This document shows positions 18,434 to 28,227 of a stretch of DNA of 37,720 nt, piece by piece. Position 1 is the stretch's first letter. Each line of letters starts with the position of its first letter. A program made the translations under genes and the position numbers. The stretch is from contig JAZDNQ010000010.1 of assembly GCA_043799575.1 (NCBI GenBank), forward strand, positions 1-37,720, given 5' to 3'. The notes below the pieces were generated by a model. The model did not search any database and was not told the origin of the DNA. It was given only the letters and a program-made list of their open reading frames with translations. The DNA is from Patescibacteria group bacterium (GTDB lineage: Bacteria > Patescibacteriota > Gracilibacteria > JAHISY01).

Positions 18434-21066
18434 TTGGCAAATTTTAATAATCGGACGAACATTTTACGAATTTCTTCGATAAAGAAAATAGTCGCACTAA
18501 CCGCAACGACCGTGAACCATTCGAAAAGCGAGAGACTCGCCGTATCGAAAATTTTATGTGACCAAGGAACTTGAACGACGAATAAAACCAGCGCCGCCGA
18601 AGACACGACCGAAAACCAGATGAACAGGTTTTTTTGAATCCGGCGCGAAAAAGCGGACAGAATTTCTGAGCGGAAATTGAAAATATTGAACAACTGAATC
18701 ACGACGAGCGCGGCGAAAGCGAACGAACTCGCGCGGATGTGAATCGAATCTTGCGCCGAAAGCGGCACGCCGAACTGCCAACCATCGCGCAGCAAAATTC
18801 CAAAATAGCTACCCAACACCAAAGCGCCAATCACGACCCCCATCCACAGAAAATGCCAAATAAATTTGCCCTGTAAAATGCGCGAATTCGGATTGCGCGG
18901 CGGAGCATTCATCGCGAGCGGATCGGCCGGATCGATGCCCAAAGCCAGAGTCGGCAGCAAATCCGTCCCGAGATCGACCAGCAAAATTAAAACCGCGGTG
19001 AGCGGCAGCGGGAGTCCGAGCAAAATCGAAACGACGACAACGACAAGTTCGCCGATATTGCAGGAAAAAATGTAACCGATAAATTTTTTCATATTGCCAT
19101 AAATCCGCCGACCTTCCGAAATCGCGTCGACGATCGTCGCGAACGAGTCGTCGGTGAGAATGAGACTCGCGGCTTCTTTCGCGACATCCGCGCCGCAGCG
19201 ACCCATAGCGACACCGATATCCGCGCGTTTCAGCGCGGGCGCGTCATTCACGCCGTCGCCAGTCACCGCGACGATTTCGCCAAGTTTTTTGTAATTTTCA
19301 ACAATGCGCAATTTGTCGTCCGGTTTCACGCGCGCGAAAATCAGATTTTCTTTTCTGCGCAGAATTTTTTGCAATTCGCGGTCGCTCATTTTGCGCAGCG
19401 CGTCGCCGACAATCACTTTCGTTTTCGCATCGGCAATCCCGAGCTCGCGCGCGATCGCGCGGGCAGTTTCGCCGAAATCGCCGGTCACGATCGTAATTCT
19501 AATCCCGGCGGCACGACAAGCCTCGACCGCCTCGGGCACTTCGCGGCGCGGGGAATCGTACATCCCGAGCAGTCCGACAAAAATCAATTTTGCTTCGGCT
19601 TTTTCGGGAGTCAATTTTTCGCCTTTTTTCACCGGACGAAATGCCGCGCCCAAAACCCGCAGCGCGTCATTCGCGAAAAACTCGGCGTGTTGCAGAATGC
19701 GTTTGCGCGTTTTCGCATCCAATTTTTTGATTTTGCCTTTCTCGAAAAAATGCGTGCAGCGGGCGAGCAATTGTTCGGGCGCGCCTTTCGCCCAAATCTC
19801 CGAACCGATGAGCGCGGACATCAATTTGCGATTCGAGTCGAAGGGAAAAGTTTTCGCGCGACGAAATTTTTGGGAAATGCCGAATTTTTTCGCAGCGACA
19901 CGCAGAGCCGCTTCGGTCGGATCGCCGAGGATTTTCCACGTGCGGCCGTTTTTTGCCAACTCGGCGTCATTAACCGCGTCCATGATCGCGAATAATTTTT
20001 GCGCGTCGAGATTTTTGCGCACGATGCTCACCGAACCGGAACGCGGATCGTAGCCACTGCCCGACACTTCGAATTCGCCGTGATCGGCGAGCCAGCCGCG
20101 GCGCACGACCATTTCGTTGCGCGTGAGCGTCCCGGTTTTGTCCGAGCAAATTACAGTCGTCGCACCGAGCGTCTCGACCGATTTCAATTCGCGAACCAAA
20201 GCTTTTTTGTCAGCAAGCCTCCTCATCCCGAGCGCCAAAGCCGTCGTGATCGTCACCGGCAAACCTTCCGGGACAGCCGCGACGGCGACAGCAACCGCGA
20301 AAAGCAGCGCCTCGACAAAAGTCGAACCTTGCAAAAATACGCCGATCAAAAACAGAATCGCGGAAATCACGAGCGAAATTTTGCCAACGAAAACGCCGAT
20401 ATTTTGCATCTCTTTCGTGAGCGGCGAAGCTGATTTTTCCGTCGTCGTCGCGAGTTTCGCGATTTTGCCGAACTCGGTCGACCGCCCGACCGCAGTCACG
20501 ATCGCGCGACCCGATCCTGCAACGACTGTCGTGCCGGAAAAAATTTGCGCTGCGCGCGAATCCTTTTTGTCGAGAAATTTGTGCACCGCGACGGACTCGC
20601 CGGTCAAAATCGCTTCGTCAATTTTGATTTCGTCGATCGCGAAAAGTCGCGCGTCCGCCGGAATTTTGACACCTTCCTCGAGCAGTAAAACATCACCGAC
20701 GACAACTTCACTCGCGGGAATCATTTGAATTTTTCCGCCGCGGAGAACTTTCGAATTGAGCGCGACGAGTTTTTGCAGCGCTTCCAGCATTTTTTCCGTT
20801 TTGAATTCTTGGAAAAAACCAATCGCGGCATTCACAATCACGATGATGAAAATCACGAGTCCATCTGTGAATTCGCCGAACGCGAAAGAAAGCCCAGCGG
20901 CGACGAGTAAAACGATTACGAGCAAATCGGCGAACTGTCGCGCGAATTTGCGCCAGGCCGATTCGGGCTTTTTGACTTCGAGCACATTCGCGCCGTGTTC
21001 AGCGCGACTCGCGGAAATTTGCGCGGGAGAAAGTCCCGTCGTGGAAAAATTATTTGTCGCTTTCAT
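18430..21066 (-). CDS. Cation-transporting P-type ATPase (Ca2+-type, P2A-like)
   Basis: TGES, PEGL, DKTGT, KGAPE, TGD and GDGVND motifs. Confidence 0.95.
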   Translation of the reverse strand: MKATNNFSTTGLSPAQISASRAEHGANVLEVKKPESAWRKFARQFADLLVIVLLVAAGLSFAFGEFTDGLVIFIIVIVNAAIGFFQEFKTEKMLEALQKLVALNSKVLRGGKIQMIPASEVVVGDVLLLEEGVKIPADARLFAIDEIKIDEAILTGESVAVHKFLDKKDSRAAQIFSGTTVVAGSGRAIVTAVGRSTEFGKIAKLATTTEKSASPLTKEMQNIGVFVGKISLVISAILFLIGVFLQGSTFVEALLFAVAVAVAAVPEGLPVTITTALALGMRRLADKKALVRELKSVETLGATTVICSDKTGTLTRNEMVVRRGWLADHGEFEVSGSGYDPRSGSVSIVRKNLDAQKLFAIMDAVNDAELAKNGRTWKILGDPTEAALRVAAKKFGISQKFRRAKTFPFDSNRKLMSALIGSEIWAKGAPEQLLARCTHFFEKGKIKKLDAKTRKRILQHAEFFANDALRVLGAAFRPVKKGEKLTPEKAEAKLIFVGLLGMYDSPRREVPEAVEACRAAGIRITIVTGDFGETARAIARELGIADAKTKVIVGDALRKMSDRELQKILRRKENLIFARVKPDDKLRIVENYKKLGEIVAVTGDGVNDAPALKRADIGVAMGRCGADVAKEAASLILTDDSFATIVDAISEGRRIYGNMKKFIGYIFSCNIGELVVVVVSILLGLPLPLTAVLILLVDLGTDLLPTLALGIDPADPLAMNAPPRNPNSRILQGKFIWHFLWMGVVIGALVLGSYFGILLRDGWQFGVPLSAQDSIHIRASSFAFAALVVIQLFNIFNFRSEILSAFSRRIQKNLFIWFSVVSSAALVLFVVQVPWSHKIFDTASLSLFEWFTVVAVSATIFFIEEIRKMFVRLLKFAK

Positions 21067-22270
21067 TCAAAGTTTCGAGATAATCGACGAGCTCACCGCG
21101 CTCGTATTTGAGTCCGCGCATCACCAGTTCGGCCATTTGTCCGCGCGTCAGATTTTGACTCGGCGCAGCGAAACTCGTCGGCAAAATTTCCAATTTTTGC
21201 GCTTTATCGACGAACGGTGCGAACCACTCCGCCGCGGAATCTTGATTGACGGAAAAATCAAAAGTCTTCACCAAAATCGTGATTGCTTCGGCAAGATTGA
21301 CTAAATTACTCGGACGGAAAGTCCCATCCGCATAACCCGAAATGATTCCGTTTTCTTTCGCGAAACAAACGAAAGGCGCGAACCACGCGTCGAGCGGAAC
21401 GTCAGAAAAACAAGCCGTTTCTGGCAAATTGTATTCGGCGAGCTGATCGGCGAATTTTGTTTGCACGAGAATCTTCGTGAATTCGGCGCGATTGATCGTG
21501 CTGTCCGGCCGGAACGCGCCGTCGTCGTAGCCTTTTGCGATTTGTTCTTTCGCGACGAAATTAATCGCGAAGAAAAACTTTTTGTCCGCCGGCACGTCGC
21601 TAAATTTTTGTTCTCCGAGCTCGGACTGCAATTTCTCTAGTTTCGCAGCGCGCGCTGCCTCGGCTTCGGCAATAAAAGGCGCGAGCGCTTCTTCGTCGAG
21701 CAGTGAAATATATGCGCCGAAAGTCTCGGTAAAAATCTTTTTCACGTTCGTATTCACGACGCCGTGGACGTGGACGACATCGCCCGCGCGTGGCGAGTAG
21801 CCGAATAAAATTTTGGAATTTTCGTCGCGGAACTGCGTCGTCGCCCCAAACGCGACTTCGTATTTCGCGCCGCCGACCGTCTCGAAAGTGAAATCCGTTT
21901 TGGTCGGATTACGCACCCAACCGTAAAAATTTTGATCGCACAAAAGCAAATTGGCGTCCTGCGCAGCTTCGATCACGCCGTCGGCGTCTACCAAAACACG
22001 CACCGAATCGCCGACGAAAAATTCATTCGCGGCAGCCGGACCGGCACCGTCACGGTATTTGTAAATCGCCTCCATCCGCCCGGAAAAACTCACTCCCGTC
22101 GAATTCACGACGGACAAAACTTCGTCGCTCGCTTCGGTGACCGTCGCGGTCAAAACTTTTTCGCCATCGAGCAAATCGTCGAAAGGGTTGGGAACGGGAT
22201 CGGTGAGCGCGAGTGCGCTCGTCGTCGCGAGTATTCCGAGAAAAATCGCGAGGAAAGTTTTGCGAATCAT
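21050..22270 (-). CDS. Secreted protein with C-terminal S-layer homology (SLH) domains
   Basis: Signal peptide from ATG 22270; FSDVP, GYDDGAFRPDSTINRAE, GYADGTFRPSNLVNLAE, LTRGQMA; beta-rich N-terminal half. Confidence 0.88.
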   Translation of the reverse strand: MIRKTFLAIFLGILATTSALALTDPVPNPFDDLLDGEKVLTATVTEASDEVLSVVNSTGVSFSGRMEAIYKYRDGAGPAAANEFFVGDSVRVLVDADGVIEAAQDANLLLCDQNFYGWVRNPTKTDFTFETVGGAKYEVAFGATTQFRDENSKILFGYSPRAGDVVHVHGVVNTNVKKIFTETFGAYISLLDEEALAPFIAEAEAARAAKLEKLQSELGEQKFSDVPADKKFFFAINFVAKEQIAKGYDDGAFRPDSTINRAEFTKILVQTKFADQLAEYNLPETACFSDVPLDAWFAPFVCFAKENGIISGYADGTFRPSNLVNLAEAITILVKTFDFSVNQDSAAEWFAPFVDKAQKLEILPTSFAAPSQNLTRGQMAELVMRGLKYERGELVDYLETLNESDK

Positions 22271-22302
22271 CGCTTTTATTTTACCAAATTCGAACAAAAA
22301 TT

Positions 22303-23364
22303 TTATTCGGATTTCAACTTTTCGGCGATCTCAGCCTCGGCTAATTTTTTGATAATTTCGCCGAAGTTACCATCCATGATTTTGGGCAGATTGGAAAAAT
22401 TTTGGCCGAGCCGATGGTCGGTGACGCGATCTTGAGGAAAATTGTACGTCCGAATTTTTTCGGATCGGTCGCCCGAGCCGATCATCCCAGAACGCAATTC
22501 GCCGCGCTCTTTCGCTGCTTCTTCTTCGTATCTTGCGAGCAAACGCGAACGCAGCACTTGCATCGCTTTTGCTTTATTTTTAACTTGTGATTTTTCGTCC
22601 TGCTGCGAAACAATCAATCCGGTCGGCAAATGCGTTATCCGGATCGCGGAATAAGTCGTATTGACTGATTGACCGCCTGGCCCGCTCGAGCAAAAAGTAT
22701 CAATTCGTAATTCTTCCGGTTTGATTTCGACTTCCACTTCTTCCGCTTCTGGCAGAATCGCGACTGTGACCGCAGAAGTGTGAATCCGACCTTTCGCTTC
22801 GGTCTCGGGAACACGCTGCACTCGGTGCGTCCCGGCTTCGAATTTGAAGCGCGAATACGCGCACGAACCTTCGACGCGGAAAACAATTTCTTTTACTCCG
22901 CCCGCGTCCGCCTCGGATTTCGAAATCATTTCGGTTTTCAGATTTTCGGACTCGGCAAAACGCAAATACGCGCGAGTCAGCTCGGCTGCAAAAAGCGCGG
23001 CTTCTTCTCCGCCTGTCCCGGCGCGTACCTCGACGATCACGCTTTTCCCTTCGTTTTTGTCTTTCGGGAGCAAAGCAATTTTCAATTTTTCTTCCAAATC
23101 GGCCAACTTTTTTTCAGCGAGATTTTTTTGTTCTTCGGCAACTTCTTTCAAATCCGGATCGTCGGATTTGAGAATTTCGTCAGCCTCAGTGCGATTTTTC
23201 CAAGCTGATTCGAACTCGCGCAAAAGCTCGACATCGTCGCGCAGCTGCGCGTAGCGAATCGAAAGTTCGCGGAATTTTTTTTGATCCGCGACATTTTCTG
23301 GCGAAGCGAGTTGATCTTCGATCCCACGAAATTCTTCGAGCAGTTTTTGGACTTTTTCAATCAT
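22303..23364 (-). CDS. prfA: Peptide chain release factor 1
   Basis: GPGGQSVN, RF1-type PxT (VPET), RSEKIRTYNFPQDRVTDHR. Confidence 0.96.
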   Translation of the reverse strand: MIEKVQKLLEEFRGIEDQLASPENVADQKKFRELSIRYAQLRDDVELLREFESAWKNRTEADEILKSDDPDLKEVAEEQKNLAEKKLADLEEKLKIALLPKDKNEGKSVIVEVRAGTGGEEAALFAAELTRAYLRFAESENLKTEMISKSEADAGGVKEIVFRVEGSCAYSRFKFEAGTHRVQRVPETEAKGRIHTSAVTVAILPEAEEVEVEIKPEELRIDTFCSSGPGGQSVNTTYSAIRITHLPTGLIVSQQDEKSQVKNKAKAMQVLRSRLLARYEEEAAKERGELRSGMIGSGDRSEKIRTYNFPQDRVTDHRLGQNFSNLPKIMDGNFGEIIKKLAEAEIAEKLKSE

Positions 23365-23372
23365 GAAGAAAG

Positions 23373-23450
23373 ATAATAACGCTAATAAAGAGCTTTGAGG
23401 ATTATAAGGATTTTGGTTATTTTAATCCTTATTGCTCTTTATTGCTCTTT
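23373..23450. repeat. Degenerate 9-nt tandem repeats in the prmC-prfA spacer
   Basis: ataataacg/ctaataaag, gattataag/gattttg, cttattgct x2. Confidence 0.45.
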
Positions 23451-23457
23451 AAAACGC

Positions 23458-24288
23458 TTACAATCCTTCCATTCGCAGCACGCGCGGAATCCCGGCAAGA
23501 TCGGAGATAAATTCGATTTTCCAGTCGGGGAATTTTTCCCGCGCGAATTTTTCAAGCGAAATTCTTTGTGCTTCGCCGCCGAATTCGAGCAAAATATTTT
23601 TCGGTTTTTCGGCGAGCTGTGAAATTTCGTCGAGCAATTTGCGAATCGTGTCGAGTCCGTCCGCACCGGAAAAGAGCGCCTCACTCGGTTCAAATTTTTT
23701 CACACCAAATTCGATTTCGGTCGAATTTTCTGGAATATACGGCAAATTCGCGACGATCATTTCGAATCCTTTTTCTTCCCTCTTTTGAAAAGGGGGACTG
23801 AGGGGAATTCTTGCGAGTAAATCAGACTCGATAAATTCGACTTTCGCGCCGAAACCAGCGGCATTTTTCCGCGCAATCTCGAGCGCGACGGGGGAGATGT
23901 CGCTGCCGACGACGCGACAGTTTGGCAAATTTTTCGCAACTGCAATCGCAATCGCGCCTGACCCAGTACCAACGTCGAGCAAGTTTTTCGGGGAGATTTT
24001 GAGAATTTCTTCGACGAGAATCTCGGTCTCGGGTCGCGGAATCAAAACATTTTCATCGACGCTGAACTCGAGTCCGAAAAATTCTTTTCGGCCGAGAATC
24101 GCGGCGACTGATTTTCCCGCTAGACGCATTTTTTCGAATGCGCGAAATTGCGCGAGTGAACTTTCCGGAACTTCAAAATCGGAATGGGTGAATAGCCATT
24201 CTTTGGGTTTATCCAAAACATTCGCCAACAGAACTTCTACATCGAGCCTAGATAGACATGTCTGCGAGATAATTTCAGAAATTTTCAT
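23458..24288 (-). CDS. prmC: Release factor glutamine methyltransferase (HemK)
   Basis: VLIPRPETE, LDVGTGSGAIA, NLPY, ALFSGADGLD; adjacent to prfA. Confidence 0.93.
   Translation of the reverse strand: MKISEIISQTCLSRLDVEVLLANVLDKPKEWLFTHSDFEVPESSLAQFRAFEKMRLAGKSVAAILGRKEFFGLEFSVDENVLIPRPETEILVEEILKISPKNLLDVGTGSGAIAIAVAKNLPNCRVVGSDISPVALEIARKNAAGFGAKVEFIESDLLARIPLSPPFQKREEKGFEMIVANLPYIPENSTEIEFGVKKFEPSEALFSGADGLDTIRKLLDEISQLAEKPKNILLEFGGEAQRISLEKFAREKFPDWKIEFISDLAGIPRVLRMEGL
23763..23810. repeat. REP-like palindromic insert within prmC
   Basis: Hairpin tccctcttt-tga-aaaggggga plus ctgaggggaattc; read in frame as RIPLSPPFQKREEKG. Confidence 0.65.
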
Positions 24289-24300
24289 TTGCGCCAAAAA

Positions 24301-24332
24301 ACCCTAGAGCCTAAACCCTAGAACCTAAAACC
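24301..24332. repeat. Heptamer tandem repeat
   Basis: accctag agcctaa accctag aacctaa. Confidence 0.7.
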
Positions 24333-24334
24333 GA

Positions 24335-24541
24335 TTATTCGTAATTTTTGCGCTTCGCCGCAGCCGCGCGATGACCCTCACGAATCACAGCTTTTGTGCG
24401 TTTTTTGAGCGGGCTGAGACGATCAGGACGATAGCGCGAGGTACGCAAATCTTTGACAAATCGGGTCGAGCGGCGATTGAAACGCGTCAAAAGCTGATCG
24501 GAACTTTCATTTTTTTTGCGGGCAACTTTTATCGAGGCCAT
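24335..24541 (-). CDS. rpsU: 30S ribosomal protein S21 (divergent)
   Basis: 68 aa, basic; IKVARKKNESSDQLLTRFNR matches the bS21 N-terminal pattern. Confidence 0.75.
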   Translation of the reverse strand: MASIKVARKKNESSDQLLTRFNRRSTRFVKDLRTSRYRPDRLSPLKKRTKAVIREGHRAAAAKRKNYE

Positions 24542-24584
24542 TGGAAAACAAATTTAAAGTGGGCGAATTTTAGCGAATAAAAGT

Positions 24585-24928
24585 GGCTCGAGCAAACAAT
24601 AAGCCGAGTTTTGTCGTGGACAATCATTTTTCTAAGCGGCGGGAAGCACGGAGTTTGTGTCAAACTTTTTCCGAACTTCCAATCCCGCCTTGCAGCCGAG
24701 AGGGTTTACCACGCTCCCATCTCGCGATGGGGCGAAGGACCTGAGGTCCAACTTTTCACCTTTGGTCCGCTTTTGAACCTTTCGGTTCGCGAGCAGATTA
24801 GTATTGTCTCTGTGGTACTTTCCCTATCCTCACGGACGGTCGCCGTTAGCGACTCTCGTCGACACGTGCTGCTCGGACTTTCCTCCCAATGAAAAATTCA
24901 AAGAGCGATTGTCTCGTTTACTCGAGCC
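24585..24928 (-). ncRNA. rnpB: RNase P RNA
   Basis: Minus strand has GAGGAAAGTCCGAGC near the 5' end and ACAAAACTCGGCTTA near the 3' end (P4); terminal P1 helix GGCTCGAGTAAAC/GTTTGCTCGAGCC. Confidence 0.95.
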
Positions 24929-24934
24929 GCTGTT

Positions 24935-24963
24935 ATTTTAGGTAAAAAGTACGGGAAAGTCAA
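24935..24963 (-). promoter_or_regulatory. rnpB promoter
   Basis: TTGACT-17 nt-TAAAAT, 6 nt before P1. Confidence 0.75.
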
Positions 24964-24970
24964 TTCAGAA

Positions 24971-27256
24971 CTACCAATTTGGATGTAAGAACCCACCTGC
25001 AGGAGTAATACTTCCGCCACCCAATCCGTTTGGTACAAAAGGATCTTTTGGTTGCTTGCTTGGATCGGGCTGCTTTGATGCTTCGCTCAACTTTTGATAT
25101 AAATTAATCAATTGCGTCTGATCCTGATTGGCAATATTTCCCCCAAACTTTTGTTTCAAATTATTGATTATTTTCAATAACTCTTTTGCGGCTTGAGTTA
25201 ATTGTTGTCGATCAGCCGAAGTACGCTGTGTATCCATTTCATTGATGTAAGGCACTTTTATTTTTTCACCTTTGGTATTGTAGTTTTCGGCAAACTGCTT
25301 GACGGATTCTTTGATGAGGTTGCCCGCGCTCAAAGCATCATTAACTTTTCCGGCTTTAATTTTGGTCTGCTTGAGAAAATCGGTCGTCCAACGACTAGAT
25401 TCAGTCAAAGTATTTGGGCCGGGTTCATTGAGATCCAGACCATACTGCTGTGGAGGAGCGCCTCGAGCAGCTTCTGGCTGTCCGGGTTGTCCGACTGGCA
25501 CGGTTCTGGTGCTGTCTGGTTGTTTTCCTAATCCTGCCGGGAAATCAGGCAGCGTTGTTTTATCTTCAGGTTGATTTTTTCGAGCGTCTTGTAGCTGCTG
25601 CTCTAAATCCTGAACTTTTTTAATAAAGTCAGGCTGAATCGGCTTTTTTTGTTTGAAGTTTTCCCAAAGTTCTCCTAATAGCTTCTGCGCTGCATCATTC
25701 AAAGGTTTATCCTTAGGGTCTAGTGTCTTCTGGGTGATCTTGGCAAGCCGATTATGCATGGGCCAGAAATCTCCGTTTTCTTGAGACTCAGGTTGTTTGA
25801 GTTGATTAGCCCGCTTTTCGAGATCACCAACTCGCTTATCAAATTCATCAAAGTCTTCCATACTCAATGGTTTTTGCCCTGCTTTTTTGGCTATCTCGCC
25901 CATCAAATTGGTAATGTCATCTTCTAATTTTTGATCCTTGCCAAAAGATTCATGTAGAGCCGCATTAAGGCGATCTCTCAAATTACCATGCAGTTTATCT
26001 AAAGCAACAGTGTCTTTTTCCTTTTGAAAATTCAATTTCGGCGGTATCGCACCAGGTCCTTGATTAGGGCCGCGATAACCCTCCCTTGGTCCAGCTTTCG
26101 GTTGTTCAGCTGTGCCTGCTCCACCTTGCATCGGCTGATCAGGATAGAGATTCTCCTGTTTGGGTTGACCAGCACCACCTTGCATCGGCTGATCAGGATA
26201 GAGATTTTCAACTTTTAGCGGATTTACCGATGCCTGAGGTTTAACAGCTTGACCATCCAGCGGTTTGTAATTTTGAGGGAATAATTGCTCCTGCGGTTTT
26301 TGCGGTTGCTCGGCTTTTTGAAATTTTGGTTCGCCCGGCTCGAGAATCATAAAATTACTGCGGCAACCATTTTCCATGCGCGCGACCGCCCGACCGTCTG
26401 GTAAAAGCGCGACATCTTTTATTTCAAAAGTCAGCATATTTTTCGGGTCGAGATTGACCATCTGCCCGCCGATCAAAACTTTCGCATTTTTGACAATAAA
26501 TTCTTTACCACCAATCTTGAGCGGTTGAGAAAAAGGCATTGTTTCACCTTTCGTCATCAAATCTTCAATTTTTTGACGATCGGCCGGAGTACCGAGCGGC
26601 AAATCTTTTTCCGCCGCACGCATCGATTTCCATAAAGAGCTTTTTATCGAATCGTGCGGGCAGGGCTGTTCGGCCATTGTATTGACCAAAATATCTGATT
26701 TTTGTTCACGCGCAAGGTTTGGCGAATCAGCCAGCATTCTATTCAGCTCTTCACAAAACTGGCCGCGATAAATTTTGGCAGCCTCGCCGTGCAGACCGTT
26801 TTTTTCGCCGACCGTCGCATCAATAATTTGGCGCGCTTCTTCTGGGGTCAATTCGGTCTTGCCAGCCAAAATACCTTTAGCTTTCTCGAGATTGGCCTGC
26901 AATTTTTGCTGAATTTCTGGTAATTGCTCTTGCAATTTTGGATCGAGCCGACCGCGCTCGCGCAAAGATTGAACTCGCGCATTATCAGTCAAACTATCGA
27001 GTTTACCTTTGTTTCCACCCTGCTCAACCCTATTTGCTTGTTCCAAATTTTGTAAACCGCGACCCGCTTCTTGATCAGCATTTTGAGCCAGCGTAAAAAA
27101 TCTATCTTTATCTTCCGGTTTTGTAACTTGGGGCAATAATTTATCCAATTCGCGTTGGAGCTCAGCCACTTTCATAAAATTCGGCTTTTTATCTTTATCA
27201 GCCTGTTCAGCCTTTCGCTCGGTCGCTCGCTGTGCTTCTAGATTTGGATTGGACAT
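24971..27256 (-). CDS. 761-aa hydrophilic Gln/Pro/Lys-rich protein with internal repeats, function unknown
   Basis: Long uninterrupted ORF, no signal peptide or TM, A-rich leader. Confidence 0.8.
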   Translation of the reverse strand: MSNPNLEAQRATERKAEQADKDKKPNFMKVAELQRELDKLLPQVTKPEDKDRFFTLAQNADQEAGRGLQNLEQANRVEQGGNKGKLDSLTDNARVQSLRERGRLDPKLQEQLPEIQQKLQANLEKAKGILAGKTELTPEEARQIIDATVGEKNGLHGEAAKIYRGQFCEELNRMLADSPNLAREQKSDILVNTMAEQPCPHDSIKSSLWKSMRAAEKDLPLGTPADRQKIEDLMTKGETMPFSQPLKIGGKEFIVKNAKVLIGGQMVNLDPKNMLTFEIKDVALLPDGRAVARMENGCRSNFMILEPGEPKFQKAEQPQKPQEQLFPQNYKPLDGQAVKPQASVNPLKVENLYPDQPMQGGAGQPKQENLYPDQPMQGGAGTAEQPKAGPREGYRGPNQGPGAIPPKLNFQKEKDTVALDKLHGNLRDRLNAALHESFGKDQKLEDDITNLMGEIAKKAGQKPLSMEDFDEFDKRVGDLEKRANQLKQPESQENGDFWPMHNRLAKITQKTLDPKDKPLNDAAQKLLGELWENFKQKKPIQPDFIKKVQDLEQQLQDARKNQPEDKTTLPDFPAGLGKQPDSTRTVPVGQPGQPEAARGAPPQQYGLDLNEPGPNTLTESSRWTTDFLKQTKIKAGKVNDALSAGNLIKESVKQFAENYNTKGEKIKVPYINEMDTQRTSADRQQLTQAAKELLKIINNLKQKFGGNIANQDQTQLINLYQKLSEASKQPDPSKQPKDPFVPNGLGGGSITPAGGFLHPNW
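26121..26206. repeat. 32-nt perfect direct repeat with 54-nt period (ENLYPDQPMQGGAG x2)
   Basis: ccaccttgcatcggctgatcaggatagagatt at 26121 and 26175. Confidence 0.9.
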
Positions 27257-27287
27257 TTTGTTTAATTTTTAATTTTAATTTTTGATT

Positions 27288-27611
27288 TTAAAGTTTAGCA
27301 ATCTCGGCCTCGATTTTGTCCAATTCGGCTGCTTCGTTTTGGCGCGAATCGTCTTCAATTGCCTGGCTTTGCGCCATATGTGCCGAGCGCAAAATATCTT
27401 TCAATTTTTCGTATTTGGTCTGTAAAATTTTCAATTTTTCTTGCTCGAAATTCTGCTCAGCTGCTTCCGCTTTAAGCAAGATTTCTTTCGCAGTTGCCAA
27501 TTCCGAATCATTCAAAGCTGGCAAAACATAGGCAATCCAATCTTCCCGCTCCTCGGTCGAAGGCATGAGCGGGGAGCGATTGACCAAAGCGGTGATTTCA
27601 GAAAGATCCAT
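27288..27611 (-). CDS. Small acidic coiled-coil hypothetical protein
   Basis: 107 aa, ATG start, 31 nt upstream of the 761-aa gene on the same strand. Confidence 0.75.
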   Translation of the reverse strand: MDLSEITALVNRSPLMPSTEEREDWIAYVLPALNDSELATAKEILLKAEAAEQNFEQEKLKILQTKYEKLKDILRSAHMAQSQAIEDDSRQNEAAELDKIEAEIAKL

Positions 27612-27702
27612 TTTGTTTGTTTTTAAATTTTATCTTCTCGCCATTTTATCACAAAAATTTGACTTTTTCAAGCACTAAGAAACAACCGAGAATTGAGTAT
27701 TT

Positions 27703-27731
27703 TTGCTTTTATAGCAATTTTATGCTACAAT
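27703..27731 (+). promoter_or_regulatory. Sigma70 promoter
   Basis: TTGCTT-17 nt-TACAAT with extended TG. Confidence 0.65.
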
Positions 27732-27755
27732 AATCGAGCATCGACTAATACAAAT

Positions 27756-28139
27756 ATGCAAATCCAAAATGTGCAAGCGTCCTTGTTTACTTCCCAAGAA
27801 GTAACAGTGCCGAGTCGACTGATATTTGGTATAGAAGACATGCCAGCTGCGAAAACAACCAAAAAATCTTTAGAGTCAGGAGCCTCAGATCAAGATTTCA
27901 AACAAATTAGCAAAGAGATTTCAGAAAATGAGACTGAAGCTAAAAATGCAAAATTACTGGAATTACAAGCTACGCAGGAGCAATTCAGCTCTATAAATGA
28001 AGAAATCTCAGGACAAAAATCACCGCAGGAAGACTTCGAAGCTATCAACAACGAAATTCAGACAAATGAAGCTAAAGACAAAAAACAAGATAAAAGTGAT
28101 TGGGAAGCAATTATCGATGAAATCGAGGGAAACAAGTAG
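27756..28139 (+). CDS. Acidic 127-aa protein with four [FW]xxIxxEI repeats
   Basis: Start at ATG 27756 downstream of the promoter; repeats visible in translation. Confidence 0.7.
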   Translation: MQIQNVQASLFTSQEVTVPSRLIFGIEDMPAAKTTKKSLESGASDQDFKQISKEISENETEAKNAKLLELQATQEQFSSINEEISGQKSPQEDFEAINNEIQTNEAKDKKQDKSDWEAIIDEIEGNK

Positions 28140-28227
28140 TCCGGTGTTAAATTCGACGGCGAGACAAACAACCCGCCTCCAAAAGGAACAATTTTGGAAT
28201 AATCCAAAATATTTTTCGAAAAGTGGT

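Noticed and set aside
24611-24892. 93-aa ORF
   Set aside because: Antisense to RNase P RNA
26121-26206. 32-nt direct repeat as a CRISPR array
   Set aside because: Only two copies, 22-nt gap, in frame inside a CDS, no cas genes
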